This document shows positions 51,301 through 64,000 of a DNA stretch of 64,000 nt, piece after piece. Position 1 is the stretch's first letter. Each line of letters begins with the position of its first letter. The notes beneath the pieces were generated by a model, which was not told the origin of the DNA, did not search any database, and saw only the letters and a list, made by a program, of their open reading frames with translations. The stretch lies in the NCBI RefSeq assembly GCF_009914755.1, contig NC_060928.1; one strand, 5' to 3'. Both the position numbers and the translations under genes were made by a program. Origin of the DNA: the human T2T-CHM13v2.0 reference genome, Homo sapiens.

Positions 51301-54300
51301 AGTTGGAAAGATCTCAAATTAACAACCTAAAGTTGCACAGAGAGGAACTAGAGAAACAAGACCAAAACAACTCTAAGGCTAACAGAAGAAAATAAATAAC
51401 CAAAATCAGAGCTGATCTGAATGAAATTGAGATGGGAAAATTCATACAAAAGATCAATGAAACTAAAAGTTGGTTTATTACAAACCACCCTACAGAAGAA
51501 AAAAAAACCCTCAGACTATTACAAACATCTCTGTGCTTACAAATTCGAAAACCTAGAAGAAATTGAAGTCCTGGAAACACAAAGCCTCTCAATATTGAAC
51601 CAGAATGAAATTAAAATCCTGAACAGACCAATAATTTGTTCTGAAATTGAATCAGTAATGAAAACCTTATCAACCAAAAAAAGTCCTGGACCAGATGGAT
51701 TCAGGCAAATTCTACCAGATTTACAAACAAGAGATAGTACCATTTCTACTAAAACCATTGCAAAAAATCAAGGAGGAGGGACTCCTCTCTAACTCATCCT
51801 CTGAAGCAAGCATCATTCTGATACCAAAGCCTGACAGAGACACAATGAAAAAGAGAAAACTTCTGGTCAAAATCTCTGATAAACATAGATGCAAAAATGC
51901 TCAACAAAATACGATTAATAGTAAACTGAATCCAGCAGCACATCATAAAGCTAATCTACCACAATCGAGCAGGCTTTACTCCTTGGATGAAAGATCGGTT
52001 CAGCATACACAAATCAATAAATGTGATTCACCACATAAACAAAATTAATAACATAGACTACATGATTATATCAATAGACACAGAAAAGACCTTTGGTAAA
52101 ATTCATCCCTCAGTGAGAAACCCTTAACAATTAGTCATTGAAGGAACATATCTCAAAATAATAACAACCATCTCTGACAAGCCCACAGCCGGTGTCACAC
52201 TAAATGGGCAAAAGCTGGAAACATTAACCTTGAGAACTGGAGCATGACAAGGATGCCTACTCTCACCACTCCCATTCAGCCCCACATAGACCCTACCAGA
52301 AGGCTTTTAGGACTGATAAACAACTTCAGTGAAGTTTCAGGGTACAAAATCAGTGTACAAAAATCAGTAGCATTGCTATACACCAATACTATTCAACCTC
52401 AGAGCCACATCAGCAATGCAATCTCATTTACAATAGCCACAAAAAAGAATAAGATACCTAGTAATGCTGCTTACCAAGGAGGTGAAAACTCTCTACAAGC
52501 AGAATTACAAAACACTGTTGAAAGAAAGAAGAGATGACACAAATGAATAGAAAAGCATTCCATGTCCATGGATAGTGATATAGTTTGAATATTTTCCACA
52601 TCCAAATCTCATGTTGAAATGTAATCCCCAATGTTGAAGGTAGGACCTGGTGGGAGGTATTTGGGTCATGGGGCAAATCCATCATGGCTCAGTGCTGTCC
52701 TCATGATAATGAGTTCTTGTGAGATCTGGTTGTTGTAATGTGTGGCACTTCACTCCTACTCTCTCTTGCTCCTGCTTTTGCCACGTGAAATGCTTGCTCC
52801 CACTTTGCCTTACACCATGAGTAAAAGTTCCCTGAGACTCTCTCAGAAGCTGAACAGATGACAGCACCATGTTTGTACAGCCTGCAGAACATGAGTCAAT
52901 TATACCTCTTTTCTTTGTAAATTGCTCGGCCTCATGTGTTTCTTTATAGCAATGCAAGAATGGTCTAACATAGATAGGAAGAATCAATATTGTTAAAATG
53001 GCCATATTGTCTGGAGCAATTTATAGATTCAATGCTATTCCAGTCAAACTTAAAACTTCATTTTTCACAGAATTAAAAAAAAATTATTCCAGAATTCATA
53101 TGGAAGCAAAAAGAGCTCAAATCACCAAAGCAATTCTAAGCAAAAAGAACAAAGCCAGAGGCATAACACTACCTGACTTCAAACTATAGTACAAGGCTAA
53201 CAACCAAAATAGCATGGTACTCATATAAAAACAGACACACAGACCAATGGAAAAGGATAGGGAGCCAAGGAATAAAGCCACACACCTACAACCAGCTGAT
53301 ATTTGACAGAGTCAACAATAACAAACAATGAGGAAAGGACTTCTAATTCAATTCAGCTGTTATTCAATAAATGGTAGCCATATGCAGAAGATTGAAACTG
53401 GACCCCTTCCTTTCACCATATATAAAATTCAACTCAAGATGAATTAAAAATTTAAATGTAAGACCTAAAAGAATTTAAAAAATCCCTAGAAGAATACTTA
53501 GCAGATACCATTCTGGACATCAGCAAAGAGTTTATGACTAAGTCCTCAAAAGCAATTGCAGTAAAAACAAAAATTGACAAGTGTGACCTAATTAAATTAA
53601 AGAGCTTCCGCACAGCAAAAGAAACATCAACAGAGTAAAAAGACAGCCTACGGAATGAGAGAAAGTATTGGCAAACTAAGCATCCAACAAAGGTCTAGTA
53701 GCCAGAATCTGTAAGGAACTTAAACAAATCAGCAAGCAAAAAACCAATAACCCCATCAAAAAATGGGCTAAGGACATGAACAGACATATCTCAAAGAAAA
53801 AGACATACAAACCGCTAACAAATACATGAAAAAATGTTTGTCATCATTAATCATTAGAGAAATGCAAATTAAAACCACATGAGATACCATTTCACACCAG
53901 TCAGAATACCTATTGTTAAAAAGTCAAAAAACAAGATTTTGGCAAGGTTGTGAAGAAAAGGGAACACCTATACTCTGCTGGTAAGAATGTAAATTAGTTT
54001 AGCCACTGTGGAATACAATTTAGTGATTTCACCAAGAACTTAAAACAGAACTACCATTTGACCCAGCAATCCCAGTATTGGGTATATACCCAAAGGAAAA
54101 TAAATTGTTCTATCAAAAAGGCACACGCCCTTGTGTGTTCATTGCAGCACTGCTCACAATAGCAAAGACATGGAATCAACCAAGACGCCTATCAATGGTG
54201 AACCAGATAAAGAAAATATGGTAAATATACACTGTGGAATACTTAGCAGCCGTGAAAAAGAATGAGATCATGTCCTTTACAGCAACATGGATGTATTAAT

Positions 54301-54597
54301 AGCTGGAGGCCATTATGCTAAGTGAACTAATGCAGGAACAGAAATTCAAATACCTTATGTTCTCAAGTATAAGTGGGAGCTAAACATTTTACAGACATGG
54401 ACCCAAAGATGGAAACAATAGGTACTAGGTAGGGACAGCTTGAGGTAGGAGGATATGAGGCGGGCATAAATTGGAAGTGCACATATCAGGTACTATCCTC
54501 GCTACCTTGGCGATGGGATTATTCGTATGTCAAGCCTTAGTGACATGCAATTTACCCAGGTAATTGCACATGTACCACCTGAACCTAAAATAAAAGA
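48375..54597 (+). mobile_element. Near full-length decayed L1 (L1PA15/16-like): 5' UTR, ORF1, ORF2, 3' UTR
   Basis: GC-richer 5' UTR (~48375-49300); ORF1 remnant ENFPNLTREINMQIQEIQRT; endonuclease remnant CCLQ...GSIQQEDVTILNIYAPNIGAPRFIK; KKSPGPDGF; SGYKISVQKS; 3' end gcacatgtaccacctgaacctaaaataaaag. Many stops and frameshifts. Confidence 0.95.
52576..52972 (+). mobile_element. MSTA-like solo LTR inserted in L1 ORF2 with 5-bp TSD
   Basis: tgatatagtttg...caaatctcatgttgaaatgtaatccccaatgttg...tttatagcaatgcaagaatggtctaacata. TSD gatag at 52571-52575 and 52973-52977; the L1 reads through seamlessly when the LTR is removed. Confidence 0.93.
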
Positions 54598-54899
54598 GAA
54601 CCCATTATAAAACATGAGAGCTAGGCTTTTAAAATATCTGCCTACATAACAGATATAAGAAGCTCAGGTTCTATGAATGCAGTATATTTTGGTCTTATTC
54701 CAGTGAGGTTACTGAGGCTCCTCCATCCTCCTATCTCCCTGTATGTGTTTGCATGTGTTAGGACTCTGATCAGGGTATGATGATTTGCTCAACTCATGTA
54801 CCCTCTAACTTTGCTATCTTCTATAATAAAATTTAGTTTTTATATGCTGTATTGTCAGGTTCTATAATTGTCTTTCGTGGAAATTGTATAATTGTATAC

Positions 54900-55460
54900 A
54901 GTGCAGCCTGATTTAGAATGTTGGTCAGTAAGGGCTTTATGAGGACATGACATTAAAAGAGAAATTACAGAAAAGCAGGAGTTAGGGAGACAAAAAAAAT
55001 TCCAGGTAGCGTTTTCAGCAAAGAAAATAACTTATAGGAAGACCTAAGGTGGGAAAAATCATCACATGTTTCAAGCACTGTATGCATAGTCAGTGTGGGA
55101 GGAGAGTAGTGAGAGGAAGAGAGTGGCAAGAAATGTCTAGCAAAATCTATTAAGACAGGTTTGTGATTTTTGTATTTTTTCTAAGCACTATGAGAAATAA
55201 TTGATTAAAATGGTTTAATCAAGAAAGTAACACACACACACACACAATTTTTAAACTATTCTGGCTTCAGTAAGGAAAATTGATTGGAGAGTAAATTTGG
55301 AGACACTCGCTAAGATGCTATTATAATAAACATAAATGATGATGATGGTTTGGGTTTAGAATAGTGGGAGAAATGATAGAAGAAATCGAATGGATTGTAG
55401 ATATATTATAGATGGAAACTTAGGACTTGGTGAAGAGTGAAAAAGAAGGCAGTATCAATC
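54900..55460. mobile_element. L2 fragment
   Basis: ggtcagtaagggcttt..gaggacatgacatt...aagacctaaggtggga...ggttttaatcaag-like L2 phrases. Confidence 0.55.
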
Positions 55461-55519
55461 AAACTATTGGAATGTTTACCACAACTTTTAAAAAGATATA
55501 TTCTGCAGTTTACTTCTTA

Positions 55520-55750
55520 CACATGTTAACAGATGTTCTCTGAAAAGACAAGAGTGATTCTATGGTTAAGTAAATTTTAGAAACACTGGGTTAAGAGAAT
55601 TAAAGAGCGTCTTCACTATAAAACATTTCAGTGCCTTAAATATGCTGCTGTGCATTGTGGATTTTCAACAGGGTAACTGTGGACACGTTTTTGATGAAGT
55701 TCTTGTAGGCCCAGACTTCTACTGAACATACTTTGTGAGTTGCTGCTTAA
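55520..55750. mobile_element. MER103-like DNA transposon fragment
   Basis: ttctatggttaagtaaattttagaaacactgggttaa...cactataaaacatttcagtgccttaaatatgct...gtgcattgtggat. Confidence 0.45.
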
Positions 55751-56817
55751 AGGAGTAAATGATCTCTAATAGAAAAGTATTTAATTGTTCATATTAAATA
55801 CTGTATTTGAATGAATTCTTTTTTTATTCGATTGAGCATACTCATGTATTTTATAAATTAAGAAGATATTTTTAAAAATCCAATGCAAAATATAATTTTT
55901 GATACATACATTAAACACAGTTTATTTATATTTTATAAAATTCACTTTCATTGTTACAAGGTAAAAGGAAAATATGAAAATTTTTCTACAGAAATTACTT
56001 TGTCAAATTTTTTCTCTGTTCACTCAAACTTCTTAAATGTTATCAGTTTATGAAATAACATATTGACTTTTATATTAGGTTATGTTATAAATTAAAGTAT
56101 TAAACTATCCCCAAAATATCTTTGTACTTCTAATATTTTTAATATTTAAATATTTTATGATTATTGTATATGATTATAGGGATTAAAAAATGCAGCCACC
56201 TAAATTTTCATACAATACACCTCTAATCTGTCCATTACTATAGATTTTATTTATCAATTCCACAATCATTTATTGAGCTCAAACATGTACTAGGCATGTT
56301 GGCATATAAAATCGTGAATAAGACCTGTGAATTATGTTACATCTAGTAAACATTTAGTTAATACTAGTATTTGTTGATTGATATGAAGTGCAGGTTATCT
56401 CGTTTTATTGCGATTGCATCAACTGAGTCCTGGGTCACTATATGCAACTCTTCAACCTCTCTTCCCTATATTTAAATACACCTTTATCTACATATGTTTG
56501 ACTGATCTGATATAGACAAATTATGCATTTTATAGCCAAGTCTCAACTTCAGTCTTAAATGTCTTTAGATATTTGGTTGGGTAATATCATCTTCTTGTTT
56601 AAGTGATTATAAGTGGGTTTTAGTTTCTTATTTACTGTTAAGAATTAGTTATATTGAAAATGATGTTAGAGTTTGTCACTGATTCTTCTTCATTCCCCAC
56701 CATTTTAATCCTGATGTTAACAATGTTTCTAATTTAACTTTCTATGTGATTCAGGGAGTAGCTATATATATATATAACTTACAATATTTTCTAAGTACTT
56801 AAAGGTATTAACTCAAA

Positions 56818-56848
<31 letters not shown>

Positions 56849-56864
56849 CACACACGCATACACA
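56818..56864. repeat. (CA)n microsatellite
   Basis: acacacacac...acgcacacacacacacgcatacaca. Confidence 0.95.
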
Positions 56865-57811
56865 TGCATAGTCCTAAATATGAAATCTGAAAAACAAAAA
56901 TTGCCTCTTCATATATACCAAACTATGCTATAACTGCTTAAGGAGAGCCTTTCAGTTACATTGTCTTCCTTTCCTGAAAGTAATGGGTTTTACAAACTTA
57001 GCAGAAAGCTGATAAAGAAACTTAAAAAAATATATTGTTAAAGATGGATAATTGACATGGGCCATGCTGCTGGTAGCTCAGTTAACTGTTTGAAACATTC
57101 ATGCCAATATTTGGTCAGGTGTGGACTTTCAGTGTAAGCCAAAACTCTGATAACCATGAAAACTGTTCAACTAAAGTATATAAGCAACAATAATATTTTT
57201 AAAAATCATTTAGTCTGTGGAGTTTCAAATATCATATAGTAAGTGTAGCTTTGACAATTACTTGTTAATTTTATTAAACAATAAAATATGCCATATTAGG
57301 GTTCTTACAACGGTATTTGTGGTACATTAGATTATGTAGGTAACAATCACATTTTTATAGTCAGTGTTTCAGCTGACAACAATGTCAAAATGATTAACAG
57401 CCTACACTTTAGAAAATAACTTCCTAATGCAATTGTTTCTTGTAAAGGATAGGACATTTTTAAAGTTCTTTTGGAAATAAAATACATTATAGAAAGATAG
57501 AGGTAAAAATGCATGAGAGAAAGATATTTAGACGTAAATGAAATATATTTATTATGATAACATGTACATTGTTATTTCTAATTCATATACTATATTCAAA
57601 GTCCAGATATCAACTAAGTCTACTGTAAATAGTAAGATATATAATAGTACCATGGTTCTAGAAAACATTTTTTTCCTTGAAATGAGTTTTAGTTATATAC
57701 ATGGAAATATATTTGTATAATTTGTCTAATATTGGAGCTGAGATTTCTTCATATGACTAAGACTTTAATTTTTGTGTATAAAAGCTTTCCATGTAAGTGA
57801 TATATCTATGA

Positions 57812-58105
<294 letters not shown>

Positions 58106-58752
58106 CGAAAGCTTTTAAAAGAGCTGAAACTATTAATTTATTTAAGATAAAAGCATTCTATGCCTTTGAATTATGTGTTTAAATACAAATGGTCAAAGAA
58201 TAGAAGGTAGTTTGTTTTCTTTATTGGGACAATATAACTGATAAGTACTGCCTGGTGACATCTACTAATAGAGAATATTAATATATCACTGGTTTAAATG
58301 GGAAACATAGTACTAATCAACTGAAGTTACCATATATGATTTCTTATGTGATTGGGAAATTGTAAATAGATCATATTTTTTGCAAATTAGAGTGTCTTCA
58401 AGTGGAAATGAAAAAGAAAAATGTCTTTTCCGTGGCCTCGACCTGTTAAATGTTTTCATAGAACAGATGTAACTGTGCCAGTAACCCTGAGCCAGCCAGG
58501 TGAAATTCTCAACTGGAATTGCATGTGCCATCATGCTTTTATTGGAAATGAGTGGTTTATTTTATTATCTAGACTTTAAAGTCTCCTAATATATCTTATA
58601 AGTTTTTGCATGGTTCAAAAAATTACAAAGAAAACTGTAGAGAGGAAAATGATTATGGAAAAAGAAAAATGTTTTGCTAACATGAAAGATGACTTTACAA
58701 AGATTTAAATATATTTTGAATAAGAGGTTATTACTACACCAGTAGTTTGGGG

Positions 58753-59044
58753 TTTCTTTTCAGAGATAGAGTCTTGCTCTGTCACTCAGGCTAGAGCGCA
58801 ATGGCATGAGTATAGCTTACTGCAGCCTCATACTCCTTCACTCAAGCAGTCCTTCCACCTCAGCCTCTCAAGTAGCTAAGACAACAGGCATGTGCCACCA
58901 TGTCCAGCTAATTTTTAAAGTTTTTAGAGATGGGGGCGCTCACTATGTTTTCCAGGCTGGTCTTGAACTCCTGGCCCCAAGTGGTTCTCCTACCTTGGCC
59001 TCCTTAAGTGCTGAAATTATAGACATTGGCCACTGCACATAGCC
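58753..59044 (-). mobile_element. AluJ
   Basis: gagtcttgctctgtcactcaggctagag...atagcttactgcagcctc...ctcactatgttttccaggctggtcttgaactcctgg. Confidence 0.9.
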
Positions 59045-59049
59045 AATAG

Positions 59050-61943
59050 GTTTATTTTTTTTTTTTAAAGTTTTATTTTAGATTTGGGATACACATGAAG
59101 GTTTGTTACATAGGTAAACTTCTGTCATGGAAGTTTGTGGTACAGATTATTTTATTACCCAGGTATTAAGCTGAGTGCCCAATAGTTATCTGCTTCTCTT
59201 CTTCCTCCCACCCTCCACCCTCAAGTAGACCCCAGTGTCTATTGTTCCTTTCTTTGTGTTCATGAGTTCTCATACGCACTAATAAATGAGAACATGCAGT
59301 ATTTGGTTTTCTGTTGCTGCAGTAGTTGGCTAAGGATAATAGCCTCCAGCTCCATCCATGTTCCCACAAAAGACAGGATCCCATTCTGTTTTATGGATGC
59401 ATAATATTCCTGGGTGTATAGGTACCAAATATGTACCAAATTTTATCTATCCAATCTGTCATTGATAGGCATTTAGGTTGATTCTGTGTCTTTGCTATTG
59501 TGAATAGTGCTGCAGTAAAAACACTGTCGTGTGTGTGTCTCTATGGTAGAATGATTTATATTCCTCTGAGTATATACCCAGTAATGGGATTGCTGAGTTG
59601 AATGGTAGTTCTGCTTTCAGCTTTTTGAGGAATCACCATACTGCTTTCCACAGTGTTTGAACTAATTTGCACTGCCACCAACAGTGTGTAACTGTTCTTT
59701 TTTGCCTTGCCAGCATATGTTATTTTTTTGACTTTTTAATCATAGTCATTTTGACTGGTGTAAGATGGTATCTTTTTTTGATTTTGATTTGCATTTCTCA
59801 AATGGTCAGTGATACTGAGGTTTTTTCATATGCTTGTTGGCTGCATGTATGTCTTCTTTTGAAAAGTGTCTTCATGTCATTTGCCCACTTTTTAATGGGG
59901 TTTTCTCTTATAAATTTGTTTAAGTTCCTTATAGATGCTGAATATTAGATCTTTGTCAGATGCATAGTTTGCACATATTTTCTCTCTTTCTGTAGCTTGT
60001 CTGTTTACTCTGTTGATACTTTCTTTTGCTGTGTAGAAGGTCTTATGTTTAATTTCATCCTATTTGTCAATTTTTGCTTGGGTTGCAATTGCTTTTGGCA
60101 TCTTTGTCAGGAAATCTTTGCTCATTCGTATGTCCAGGATGGTATTGCCTAGGTTGTCTTCCAGTGTTTTTATAATTTTGAGTTTTACATTTAAGTCTTC
60201 AATCCATCTCGAGTTGATTTTTGTATATGGTGTAAGGAAGGGGTCCAGCTTCAATCTTCTGCATATGGCTAAGTTATCCCAGCATCATTTATTGAATATC
60301 AAGTCTTTTCCCCATTGCTTATTTTTGTCAGGTTTTCCAAAGATCAGATTGTCATAGGTGTGTGGTCTTATTTCTGTGTTATCTATTGTGTTCCGTTAGT
60401 TTATGTGCCTGTTTTTTCTACCAATGCCATGTTGTTTTGGTTACTGTGGCCCTGTAGTATAGTTTGAAGTTGGGTATCTTGATGCCTCCAGCTTTGTTCT
60501 CTTTATTTTGCATTGCCCTGGCTATTTGGGCTCTTTTTGAGTCTATATACGTTTTCCACTAGTTTTTTTTTTTTTTTTTTTGTCATGTGAAGAATGTCAT
60601 TGGTAGTTTGGTAGAAATAGCATTGAATCTATGAATTGCTTTGGGCAGTATGGCCATTTTAATGTTATTGATTCTTTCTATCCATAAGCATGAGATGTTT
60701 TTCCATTTGTTTGTGTCTTCTCTGGTTTCTTTGAGTAGTGTTTTGCCATTCTCATTATTGAGATCTTTCATCTCCCTGGTTAGCTGTATTCCTAGATATT
60801 TTATTTTTTGTGTGACAGTTGTGAATGGGATTGCCTTCCTGATCTTGCTCTCAGCTTGGCTGTTGTTGGTGTAAAGGGATGCTAGTGATTTTTGTACATT
60901 GATTTTGTATCCCAAAACATTGCTGAAGTAGTTTATCAGCTGAAGGAACTTTTGGGCCAAGACAATGGGGTTTTCTAGATATAGAATCATGTCATCTGCA
61001 AACAGGGATAGTTTGACTTCCTCTCTTCCTATTTGGATGCCCTTTATTTCTTTCGCTTGCCTGATTGCTCTGGCTGGGATTTCCAATAATATGTAGAATG
61101 GGAATGGTGAGAGAGGGCATCTTTGTCTTGTTCCAGTTCTCAAGAGAAATGCTTCCAGCATTTGCCCATTCCGTATGATGTTGGCTGTGGGTTTGTCATA
61201 GATGGCTCTTGTTATTTTGAGGTATGTTTCTTCAATACCTAGTTGATTGAGAGTTAATGTGAAGGGGTGTTGAATTTTATTGAATGCCTTTTCTGTGTCT
61301 ATTGAAATAATCATGTAGTTTTTGTCTTTAGTTCTATTTATGTGATGAGTCACATTTATTGATTTGCTTATGTTGAACCAAACTTGCATTCCAGGAATGA
61401 AGCCTACTTGATCATGGTAGATTAGCTTTTTGATGTGCTGCTAGATTTGGTTTGCCAATATTTTGTTAAGGAGTTTTACATTGATGTTCATCAAAAGATA
61501 CTGGCATAAAGTCTTCCTTTTTGTTGTGTCTCTGCAAGGTTTTGGTATCAAGATGATGCTGGCCTCATAGAATAAGTTTGGGAGGAGTTTCTCCTTCTCA
61601 ATTCTTTGGAATAGTTTCAGTAGGGATAATACCAGAACTTATTTATACACCTGGTAGAATTTGGCTGTAAGTCCATCAGTTCCTGGGCTTTTTTTGGTTG
61701 ATAGGCTATTTATTACTGATTCAATGTCAGAGTTTATTACTGGTCTGTTTAGGGATTTCATTTCTTCCTTGTTCAGTCTTGGGAGGATGTATGTGTCCAG
61801 GAATTTATACATCTCTTCTAGATTTTGTAGTTTATGGGCTCAGAGGTGCTCATTGTAGTTTCTGATGGTTATTTTTATTTCTGTGGGGCCAGTGGTAACA
61901 TTCCTATCATTTCTAGTTGTGTTTATTTGGATCTTCTATCTTT
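59050..61943 (-). mobile_element. 5'-truncated L1 (L1PA13-15-like)
   Basis: Poly(T), then reverse-complement 3' UTR (ggtttgttacataggtaaac...ccctccaccctcaagtagaccccagtgtct) and ORF2 remnants. Confidence 0.95.
60583..61389 (-). pseudogene. L1 ORF2 reverse-transcriptase fragment (268-aa open frame)
   Basis: Motifs [48 protein letters not shown]. Confidence 0.9.
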
Positions 61944-64000
61944 ACAAATTGTGGAGAAACTAGGCAGACAGAAATATGACTCAAATTCTTTTTACAAAAG
62001 TATACTCAATGTACTTAAAGTATATTTCAAGGCTATAAATAGCTCAAAAGAAAAAGATTCTTTAGACTCTGAAAAAACAAAATGAAAACAATCAGCAACA
62101 TTTCAAACAACAAAAGCCATACAAATTGTTTTTGTCTTCCATTAGTTCAGTGTATGCAATCAACTCCTATTCTACTTCATATTGGGTTAGCAATCTTTAT
62201 GAACACATAAGCCTTTAAATTGGAGCCCTGGAAGTTTTGTCTCTAATCCAATGGCACAATCTCCAAAGTTATCAGAAAACTTGTATTTAAGAGTCCTTTT
62301 CGTGAACTCCTCCAAAGAAGCAAGATTGAACTGTAGCTGATTATAAGTCTCTTTTTTGAGAAGGATCAAAGAAAAACAAATTTTCGATGACAAAAGTCTT
62401 AAGACAGCTATGAAGACATGGTTGACAAGGAAATTTGTTTATTTTTGTGGCATACAACAATTTAACACAATAATTATATATTACTGATAATATATATTAA
62501 GACGTGTAAGAACTTTAGGAATCTCATACAATCCTGGAACACATATGAACAACACATCTATAAATATAACCGAAAGGAAGCTAAACACCATCTCAGATTT
62601 GACAGTACTTCCTGTATAATTCTAACTTTACAAATAAGCCTAATAAGCCCGATATGTCTCTCTTGGATTTCAGGGAACTTAATATCCAAAAAGTTTAGTT
62701 TGAGGTCAAAAGATTGAATTTAACATGAAATTTTGCTGTTGGAAAGTCTGTCAGATTTCAAAGGTTTAAGACACTAGATATCACAAAATAGGATCACAAG
62801 TTACTATAAAATTGTCATTCAAGTAGCCAAAATTATGTTTACTCCTCATAGAGAGGAAACATATTTTCCCAATCAATAAGACTTAAGACAGCATGAGGCC
62901 AAGTATATCTGTCTCTTCCCCCTCCATTTTCTCCCTGCAGTTCACCCAAAAGGTAAACAAAATCTCTTATCTCTTAATATTACATAAACATTTTGCTCAA
63001 AAGAGAAAACCAAAATTTCACCTTTTGTATGGTATATAACTAAAGCTAATTTTAATAAAACCTTATAAACAAATCTGTCTAATTTTAATCAGTTTGACCA
63101 TAAGGTAAGGTTTTCACAACCTTTTTAAATTTTCTATTAAACCACAGATCAACACTTCAAGAAAGTCCTGTTATTCCAACACATGGCCCCAGATACTGGC
63201 CTTGCATCAGTGTCCTTTCTATATTAATGTTTAATTTACAGAAAATATCTGAACTAACCTTGTAACTCAAAATTGGCTATTGCAATCTTATGTACCCACC
63301 TCTTCCATGACAGTCCCTGGGCCTAGAAGAATTGGATAGTTTAATTTCTGGTCTTGTGTCTCACAAAAGCAGTTCATTTTGATAATCACCTTCTCCTGAG
63401 TGTGTTGTTGATGCTTCAACTGGTGTCAATGCTCAGAATTTAGCAGGGGGTCAGTACCTTTTTCAGATCCAAGAGTCAAAGACCTGTAACTTAACAGTAC
63501 AAGCATTAGTTAATAAGATACTTATACTATAGAAGGTCCTATCATTCTCTCTAACACGTACAAATTAAAACGCTGTGATTTAGGAGTTACTGCCATCAGT
63601 ACTTCAAAGCAGTGTATTAAAGTAGTTAGGTTACTCATTGCATATATCTGATTGCTAGTATTCTAGTGACAGAACTGTGACCAAAACCATCAAAAATGTC
63701 TTAGGTCCCATGCCAAAAGTATCAAAGTAAGACAACTAACTTTACGTAATCTCCATCATTAAAAAATAGTTAATGCAAATACCAGTTTTGGAAATTCAGT
63801 ATCAAGATAATCTCCTTTTACTTAAATACTATACAACAACAAAAAAGGACAAAGCAAGAACAAACACAAAATAATTTCTTTTCGGCTACTTTAAAAGAGC
63901 ATCATCACATATTTCCAAGATTGGTTTCCAGTTACAGTACTGACAAGTGATTAGCTAACTTTCGCCACCAAAATCTTCAAACCAGAATGACACTTGCACA
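61944..64000. mobile_element. ERV1 MER4-group internal sequence, running off the window edge
   Basis: AT-rich non-coding sequence with MER4-int-like phrases (caaagttatcagaaaacttgtatt, ttgacaaggaaatttg...ttttgtggcatacaacaatttaaca.aataattat, taaagctaattttaataaaaccttataaacaaatct, cagtttgaccataaggtaag). Exact family and orientation uncertain. Confidence 0.6.

Noticed and set aside
57065-57140. tRNA A-box-like tggtagctcagtt
   Set aside because: No B-box at a suitable distance and no cloverleaf; at most an ancient SINE trace.

Overview
AT-rich, CpG-poor primate DNA, almost certainly human: it carries the diagnostic bases of the human-specific Alu subfamilies Yb8/9 (1-126) and Ya5 (41401-41580). 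The window reads as intronic or intergenic sequence dominated by interspersed repeats: about 9 Alu/FAM copies, five large L1 relics (one near full length), MaLR/ERVL/ERV1 LTR remnants, Tigger3/MER20/MER91 DNA transposons, L2/MIR/L3 fossils and microsatellites. I cannot support any intact protein-coding gene, RNA gene, CpG island or CRISPR array. The ORF track is explained by repeat-derived or chance ORFs, and the only clearly protein-like ORFs are L1 ORF1/ORF2 remnants. I found no convincing novel biological system. The best leads are a 24-nt microexon candidate (8527-8550), an AT-rich direct/inverted repeat cluster containing a perfect 47-bp copy of sequence 1190 bp away, a ~50-bp inverted L1 insertion with 16-bp TSDs, two very young Alus and several nested insertions. 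Repeat family calls are from my recollection of consensus sequences, not a database search, so subfamily names and the boundaries of old repeats are approximate.
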